28,034 nt of DNA from a bacterium (lineage in GTDB: Bacteria > Hinthialibacterota > Hinthialibacteria > Hinthialibacterales > Hinthialibacteraceae): NCBI GenBank assembly GCA_041946805.1, contig JBHGBC010000076.1, positions 1-28,034 of the forward strand, given 5' to 3'. Below the pieces are notes generated by a model. That model was not told where the DNA came from. It did not search any database and saw only the letters and a program-made list of their open reading frames with translations. Numbering within the stretch: position 1 is the first letter of the stretch; each line of letters opens with the position of its first letter. Positions 1-8,200 of this stretch are shown piece by piece. Made by a program: the position numbers and the translations under genes.

Positions 1-716
1 GCTCCACATCGTACTCAAATCCATTGGCGGCGAACGCGGCCATCGTCGCCGCCAATGGATTTGAGTACGATGTGGAGCATACCATGGTGGCCGATTACTC
101 CGAGGACCGGGGGATCACGCGCTTCGCGATCGAAGGCGTAGTGCCCATGCCCTTCATCGACAAAGATAAGGCGACCGTACCTGTCGAAATGGAATATAAA
201 TACTGCAAGTATGTATTTGATGGAAATGCTGAATATAAATACCAAAAAGATATTGTCACAGACAAAATCCATATCGAGTACAAAGTAATTGGCGTGGACT
301 TGAAGGATTGTAGTGTCACAGGATTTATGCTGAGCAATTATGTTTCTGATTTGAATAAATTGCTATGTGAATATCGTGATAGGATCAAAGATCTTACACC
401 TGTTCGTATCGTGGCAGGCGTTTTCGTGGAATATTCCATGAACCAGGTGTATCCGATTATTACCAAACCATTCTTCATGCAAATCGCCTCCGATCAAAAT
501 TGAATTAAATTAATCGAAGGTGATCTGGAGAAGCCAGAATTATTACTATATTGGCGTTTTCATGAACCGAATCGTTTTTTTCCCGCTGACCAAGAAGTGC
601 TCTTCAGTGACTACCACTTCATTTTTACCGTGAAATCCGTGAGTGAAGGTGATGAAAACGTCCTAAAAACGCCGGATAACGTTGCACGTACCTATGTTAA
701 AGACAAACCTATATGA
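1..716 (+). pseudogene. 3' part of a hypothetical protein gene (open at the window edge), interrupted by an in-frame TGA at 501-503
   Basis: The frame is open from base 3 (STSYSNPLAANAAIV...). After TGA 501-503 the same frame continues for 70 sense codons (IKLIEGDLEKPELLLYWRFHEPNRFF...YVKDKPI) to TGA 714-716. No family recognised. Confidence 0.5.
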
Positions 717-759
717 ATACTTCTATTCTTAATAGCATTATTGATTTAAGCATACGGTT

Positions 760-1191
760 GTGCTCTTCAAAAGGAGAATACTAATCATAAAAATAAAAAA
801 TAAAAATAGATTAAATCTTTTATTAATGGTTTTAACAATTATTGTAACTGTAAGCATCTATTTTTATGGAAATGCCTTCGCTCAACCACTTACCTGTTGG
901 GATGAATGCCCTAGTTACCAGTGCGATTATTGCAGCTATCATACTTGGTACGGATGTTGCAATGGAGTAGGGGAGTTCTGTGGTTCTAAATGGGAAAGTA
1001 CAGGATATAAGTTTTGTAACCTTTTCATGTATGGCCCTGGCCGTCCACTTTTTGAGTGTTTGGAAACCACGACACAAATAGCAGGATGGCATACTCCAAA
1101 CCATTGCAATAGTTCTGGTTGTAAAGAAGGAACTCGTTATTATCCCTATCGCCATACATGCAATAATCATCAAATAAGTGGCAATTGTTGA
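760..1191 (+). CDS. Small secreted cysteine-rich protein
   Basis: Basic n-region (KIKNKNR), hydrophobic h-region and AFA|Q cleavage-like site, then a 102-aa mature part with 13 Cys. Start uncertain: GTG 760, ATA 787 behind AGGAG 772-776, or ATG 826. A strong hairpin follows. Confidence 0.7.
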   Translation: MLFKRRILIIKIKNKNRLNLLLMVLTIIVTVSIYFYGNAFAQPLTCWDECPSYQCDYCSYHTWYGCCNGVGEFCGSKWESTGYKFCNLFMYGPGRPLFECLETTTQIAGWHTPNHCNSSGCKEGTRYYPYRHTCNNHQISGNC

Positions 1192-1210
1192 GAATGAGTA
1201 TACATACTGA

Positions 1211-1256
1211 TGCGGGATGGTGAGCGCTGTTCATCATCCCGCACCTATTCTTTATT
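1211..1256 (+). terminator. Probable intrinsic terminator after the Cys-rich gene
   Basis: TGCGGGATGGTGAGC-GCT-GTTCATCATCCCGCA forms a 15-bp stem (two G-U pairs), 20 nt after the stop, followed by CCTATTCTTTATT. Confidence 0.6.
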
Positions 1257-1313
1257 CCTGCATCAAGAAGATAAAGGTTGAAACAACTTGATCGGTTTGT
1301 CGTTTTTTGAAAT

Positions 1314-1620
1314 ATGAGAATATTGGAAGGTAAATGCTTTTTCTTGTTCGCTTTATTCGCCATTGGATTCATGAATTATCCAGCCCAGGAATGCGATATC
1401 TGGTGGCATCTTCAAATTGGTGAGAATTTTCTCAAGGAACACCGTTGGCCCAGTCCCGATTATTATTCCTATGTCTCCGGCGGCCGTGAATGGGTGGTTC
1501 ATTCTTGGCTGGCCGATTGCATCTTTTATGTTCTTTATTCCATTTTTGGATTTAACGGATTAACCCTTTTCCGCTACTTCACGCATTTTATTCTTACCTA
1601 TGGCGTATTTCGGATCTGTA
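1314..1620 (+). pseudogene. Truncated polytopic membrane protein (GT-C-like 'DxWWHL' family), fused in frame to unrelated sequence up to 1892
   Basis: DIWWHLQIG...P.PDYYSY...GREWVVHSWL...IFYVLY..FG..GL matches the N-terminus of a widespread multi-TM protein family. Hydrophobic character ends after ~100 aa, whereas such proteins are normally several hundred residues. Confidence 0.6.
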
Positions 1621-2260
1621 TGAGCGGACGCCTGAAACCTGCCAACTCGCAATCATATGCCCACCGGATGGAAGATCCCTGCAAGTTCGGCAAGGAACAC
1701 GAACCCGTGCGGTATGAATCTTCTACAACCCGGAACAACAATGGCCGGATAGATGCCGTTTCCCGTTATGACTATCTGGACGAAAACGGAGAATTGCTCA
1801 TCCAAGTATGCCGGATGAATCCGAAGAGATTCTTCCAACGGCGGCCCGACGGCGCGAGAGACTGGATCATGTCCCTGGAAACCGGGGAATAATATCAGGC
1901 GAAAAACGGGAATTAGTCCCGGGTTGAAAGCGCAATCAAGAAGGAGTAGAAAATCCCCCCTGATGCCCCACGAAAGTCATTCCAAGCCGCCCGGCGCGTT
2001 CACTTCCACCTTCCCAATCAGCTGAAAGCCGATCCGGACGAAAGCCGTTTTGTTGATGAAGGAGAGAGGGAGGTTCTCAGCCTTGAAAGCAACGGTAGCG
2101 TGGCAACATGCAACCCGGAAGGTGCGGGGAAATGGCATCACGTGGCGGAAAAGGTACGAGAGAAATATTTTAGTGGTATTCCCTCCATAAAACGATAATC
2201 GTGCTGAAAGATGCTTCGGAACGACTCCGATGGCTTGATTTCATTGACTGGCTGGTAGAA
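1620..2260 (+). pseudogene. Degraded phage/plasmid-type TOPRIM primase remnant
   Basis: YDYLDENGELLIQVCRMNPKRFFQRRPDG (~1766-1852), stop at 1890-1892, then RRVHFHLPNQLKADPDESRFVDEGEREVLSLESNGSVATCNPEGAGKW (~1992-2135; TOPRIM 'VEGEKD...ATxNPxGAGKW'), stop 2196-2198, and DFIDWL near 2237-2254. Confidence 0.65.
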
Positions 2261-5200
2261 CCGAACTGGTTGTTTCCAACGCGAACGCGCCGGGGGGTTC
2301 GTTGTCCAAACGCAGACCAAAGCGCCAGGGGCCTTGCCCGTGGCCGGTGCGGATCAGAATATCATTGCCGCCTTTGTGCAGTTTGACGAGGAAGCGGTTC
2401 TGATCCGGATAGCCGTAACGGTCTTCCAGGTTCGAAAATACTTCCTTACCGTTGACCCATACCTTCACCCAATCGTCGGATCCCACGTAAAACGCTTGCT
2501 CGCGATCCTCGGTAAAATGCACTTGAGTTTTGGCATAGGCACATTTGCGAGTGAGTTCCATATCGTTTCCATCGTACAAGCGATTGACGGATATGAAGCC
2601 CCGGGTGGATTGTGGATCGGTTGTCTTCCATGTCAGTTGACTCAATGCTACGTCAGTGGGCATTTCATCATTCATTACACTCATGTCAGGACAAGAAAAT
2701 GGGCCGGCAATCTCCCAGGTTTCGATCAGGCCCGGCCAGATGCGCGCTTCATATTGTTCATATTCGTCCATGGGCAGTTTTTGCAGGAAAGGTTCGATCA
2801 TTTCGGGGTGATGGAATTTCTCGGCTAATTCGATGTACAGGGCGGCCAGGTCGGAGCAGCGGTCGTTTTCGGTGGCCGCGGAGATCCAAGAGGCGATGGC
2901 CTCTCGTAGCGGATTTAAAATCGCCTCATCGGTGACATCGAAAATCAGGTCCGCGGCCGATACCGCGAGGCCGTCCGTCGAATGGCGCACCAATTCGGCG
3001 TAGCAGGGGACGGACTCCGCGTAGGCTTGCCGGTCGAGCGCGTCCCGAACCAGATCCAGCGACGCCTGCCGGAAATGCTCCACGGGATTGCCTTGCGTGG
3101 CGATGCTTTGCAAGACCGCGCGCGCGTTGTTTTTATTGCCTGATTCTTGAAAGACCTGGATCATCATGCGCCGCTGGATGGCGGACATCATTGTCATCGG
3201 TTGCAAGGCCTTCAATTCGGCAAGAGCCGTGTCTTTCGATCCTTGGTAATAATCGAGCAAGGTCAAGTATAGTTTTTGCTGCGTGTCGTTGATGGTGAAT
3301 TGCTCGATGGCCTCCTTCACATGGGGAAGCGCGGATTCATCCGCCAGGGTGAAGAGATGGCGAACGGTTTCGGAATCATTGAAAATGACCCGCAGATTTT
3401 TGCTCAGCAGCATGACATAGAGGGACAGCGCTTCATTTTGCCGCCCTGTTCTCGAAAGGCCGTTGGCCGTGTCGCGGATCGTGGCCCAATCGTGGGATTT
3501 ACATTGCGACGCCTGTTGGAACCATTTTGCGGCCTGATCGGTCATGCCTAGATTTTCAAATCCCTGCGCGGTCTTCACCATGGCCTTTTGATTGTCCAGA
3601 GGGATGGATTCCATCTGGTCAGCCATTCCCCGCGCCCGGGTTTGATCTTGGTATTCACTCATTGTATGAAACGCGTAAGCCAGGCCGTTGGCCAGTCCGG
3701 TATCCCGGGTGAAATCCCTCCCCAGGGCGTCTAGCGATAAGTTTTGATCGATCAGAAACACCGCGTATTCTTTCGAAAGGGAGTCGTGAAAGCTTACGGG
3801 TAATTCTTGATATCCCCGGGCGAAGGCTTGGAAGGCTTCATCGGGATGCCCGGTCTTGAGGCACGCCGTGGCCATCGGCCGGTAGGCCTCGATATTGGCC
3901 GGCTGCTTCTCGAGTTCGTAGGCGATCCACATCCGCGCCGGCTCGAAGAGTTTCTCCTCAAAAAGCCACTGGCGGAGGGAGCGGAGCCAGGAATTGAGGT
4001 CGTACCATAGAGAAGGATAATAAGATTTAATAATTGCTTGTTGCATTAATTCCGTTTTCCATTCTTCAACGGCTTTATAGTATTCGCCTTTTTTCGCAAA
4101 AGCTTTTCCGAAATTGGTAGAGATGTCATTTCGGAAATATATGCTATATAAATAGTTCGTATAATAATCAATTGTATCTTCGCTAAAATATAGAATTGTC
4201 TTTTGATAATCGTGCATTGCATAATACATATCACCAATACAACTTTTTATTCCAGGAATATCTTTCCATGTTAGAATTCGTGCCATCATTTTTTTAGATT
4301 CTTCAGGGTATCCGCTTTCTATCAAAAAACGGGCGTATTCTTCGATGGCTTCAATTTCGTCGTGAAAAGATAAGTCACCCTTGATATCACGTATCATTGG
4401 TTTAGCGTCCTCAATACGTCCCATTTTGATAAGACAATTCGCTTTGATTCGGTTGGCGGTATAATCCCATCGATTAAAAAGGAGCATGCCGTCACATAGT
4501 TCTATTGATTTTTGATAATATCCCATTTTGAATAGATTGATCGCATAAGCCAGGGTTTGAGATGGCCGCGGTGATCGATCGAATTGACGCATTCTTCTCT
4601 GTTTTTCAAGGAGATAACGTCCCTTGCCCAAAGATTGAAATTCGTGTAATAATAAGCCATTCTTGTAATATTCGGATCGGATTCGCTGATCCGGATAGTT
4701 TATCAAACGATCGGGTGTAATAAAATATTTTATATAACTTGGATACTCATCAACTAATGTGTAATAGGACCAAGGTTGATTCGCGGGGTTGCGTTTTAGT
4801 TGTTCATGCAGTTCATCGTATTGAGCATTTTGTGCAAGATAGTCGATATAGTTCATGTGTCCAACATGGAGATCCGGAATGGCGGGGTGGACATTCATGC
4901 CCATGAACGGTCTTATTCTTTCCTGACTTTGTGCTCTGTGGGTGGCTTGTTCCAATTTCCCGCAGTCCTTCAACATTTCACCATTTAATGCTGTGAAGCT
5001 AAATAATTCACTTTCATAAAACAATTTTTGTGATGCGTCAGCCAATTCCAATGCTTTTCGCTTGTTTTCCAAGGCGGTACGCATCCATCCCATATCATTC
5101 TGCGCATCCGCCAGTGAATTGATCAATTTGGGAGGCGGATTGGATTCAATTTGTGACTGAAATACCTCAATGGATTTCTCAGGATTGCCGGTATTCATCC

Positions 5201-8200
5201 AGGCTTTGGATATTAATTTACGATAAGTCCAATTATGAGAATCCTTCTCCAGCAAATGATTGTAAATGGGAATGGAGTTCTCCGGACGGCCAGCCTCGAT
5301 TTCACATTCTGCCTTTTTCAAAGAGATTGCAGGATTTGTTGTATAAGTCTGGTTCAGGTCTCGAAAGATCTGATCAATTTCCCGATATTGTCCTACTTGT
5401 TTGCACAGGTCAAGCATTTCCAAAACGACTTTTACATTCCAGTCCGGTTTGTCATCGTGAAGCAAAAGATTTACAAATAACATCTGAAAGGAGTCATTAT
5501 AAACAGAAGCCAGAGTTACATATTTTGATAGTGAGGCAAAATCTCTGTATATATTAGAAAAACGATTTTTTTTGTAATACATCGTGAAATTCTTGGAAAA
5601 ATAACTTTCGGCCTCGGCTGTGTATCCAAATATAAGTAATCGTCTAATGAGTGCAGGTAAAATATATGAGATATTATCAAAACCTGTATCATAGAACTTC
5701 ATGGCGGTATTCTTGTCGCCGTAAATCAGGCATAAGTCACCATAATTTGGTATGTCATGTGGTCCGATATATTGCCCGAGCCATTCCCTCTGTGCAAACT
5801 TTTGATAAAAAGAGGGAATATCCTTCACACAGCGCAAATATTGTTCATCCTCGCGGATCCACTGTATAACCGAACGATCGGCATCAATTAATTGATCAAA
5901 TAGTTCGCGTGTTTCTTCGATGCAATTCTCGTGCAACGCCAAAAGATATTTCAATTTTAACGGAAAAAATGAATTTCGACTTAAATTTATTTTGTTTTCA
6001 AATATTTTCTTAATTATGTTTAATTGACCTGTATCCTTATAAATATGTAGTAATTGATTTATTTTTGAGTGATCAAAATAGGCATTTTCATTATTCAGAT
6101 ACTGTTTAAAACAATCAAATGCTTTACTATAATCTCCTGAAGCCATATACCATTTGCCTAAATCATACAAATTCACCCATCCAGGCTGCATCTGATTAAT
6201 TCTCTCAAGTGTTTCTATAACTTTATTGATATCCTCATTTCTTTCATAATCTCTAGCTTGGTCGTACAAGGTGTAAATATGTGTTGTGCTATGTACATTT
6301 TTCTCCAACCACTCTTTGTATTCTTGACTGTTCGACTCACCCAATTGCTCATAGAGATTGCTTAACGCGGACTGGAATTCCCACAAATATGGCCGGGTTT
6401 CCACCAGTTTCTTGTACATTTCCTTGACCTTGCCGTATTCCTGCTTCTCGATGTACAAATCACCCAAGGTTTTGTAGAGGGAAAGCACGTTCGGTTTTTG
6501 GGCGACGAACGCTTCGCACAGGGCGATGGCCTTATCGGTCTCGCCGTTCAATTGATACAGTCTCAGCAATGGCTCGGTCAGGCGCAGGGAATCGGGTTGG
6601 GACGCGCGCTGGATCTCAAAATCCGCGATCAGTTCCTGGCTTTTCCCCGCCGCCACGTAATAGCCATGCAGTTTGCGCAGTGATTCATCCACCGTTTCAT
6701 CGCGGTTCATGTTGCTGTAATAGCCCCAACCTGATGAGACCGAATAATCAAACGCTCCCCGGCGCTTGTGCGCCTTGGCCTGCCAGGCTTCCTGGCCCAT
6801 CGCCAAGGCTTCCACGAATTTCTGTTTTTCGAGGTAAAGATCCGCCAGCAAGAACAAAGCCGCCGGAGGCCGGTTCAGTCCCGCCAGGTGTTTCTCGAGC
6901 ACCGCCTGGGCCATGTCCTTCTTGTCGATGGTAACTAGAAGCGAGACCATTTCCACCAGCAGGGACGGTGGCAATTGCTTATCCTCCAAGCCTTGCAACA
7001 GCGCCACGGTCTTGGCGTCATCATCGTTCCAGAGCGCTGCGAGGATTCTTCCCTTGTGCGCGGGCACGCGCTGCGCCGGGAACCGCTTTTCCACCTCCTG
7101 ATACAACGTGTCCATTTCTTCGTAGCGGTCCAGGTTGAAGCAGGCCCATAGCGCGCTGTTGTACCAATGCAAATCCAATGATTGGACCTCCTTGATCTTG
7201 TTCAAAATGTTCAAGGCTTCTTCATATTCCTTTTTGACAATGCGTTGCGCCGCCAACAGCATTCCCTTGTCATAAATGATTTGTGCGTTAGTCCCGCCGG
7301 GATTTGTGAGGAATACCTCAAATTCTTTCCGCATTTGCTCGAATAGTTGTTTCGGGCTGTCGAAATACTCGGTAAGATTGTTCAACCGGCACAGCGCGTC
7401 GATGCGGGGATCATCCCACGCGTACCAATACGGACTATATTCCAGGCCACGATAGAGCATGTAATATTTGGGATTGTATCCCTGATCACGGTTTCCCATT
7501 TGCGGAAGATAGAGCGTGGCCGGCTTGGGGACGGCGGCCACGAGGGACGGCTCGGTCAGCAGTAAATCCTTATAAATCGCGATGGCTTCCTCGATCTCGC
7601 CGAACGACTGTTGATCGTGGGCCAGGCGGCACAGCGTTTCCCGGTCCACCGCCGGATTGGCATTTTCCCGGATCCGCTGATTGTATATCTTCATGACCTC
7701 CCGGTCCCCGGAATTCCGAATGACATTGGCCGCCATGAGGATCAGTGGCGCGTCGGTGGGATTCTCGCCGATTAACGCGTCGATCACCTCCATCGCTTTT
7801 GGCAGTTGGTTGGCTTCCGCGTAGGCATACGCCTGGCATAGCTGAAATTGCTTTTTCTGCCGCGGCTGGATTTCCATCGCCCGGCTTAGGAGCGCGGCAG
7901 CTTCCTCGAAGTGATACATCATAGCCTCGATCCGCGCGCCCGTGATGAATACGTCCAGGTCATTCGGCAGCAGCGCCCGCAGGGTTTGGTTAGCTTCCCG
8001 GGCCGCGGGATTGTTCTCCAGCGTGATGTGAATCTGTGTCAAATCCCGCAGCGCCGCTGTGTCCTGGGGATTCTTTTGCAGGCGGGCGAAATATTTCTTC
8101 AAAATATAATCGATGCCCACCGAGTTTTTGGCCACTTCGGTCATCAATTCCACGGCTTCCAATTGATAGTCGGCAAAGGTTTTCATGCCGAACGATTCGG

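Noticed and set aside
501..503. Selenocysteine or genetic-code reassignment at the in-frame TGA
   Set aside because: No redox-motif context or obvious SECIS hairpin downstream, and TGA is used as a normal stop elsewhere in the window.
4010..6385. Intein, intron or IS as the cause of the AT-rich block
   Set aside because: No splice-junction (C...HN) or homing-endonuclease motifs, no terminal repeats or transposase, and the block itself encodes TPR-like helices.
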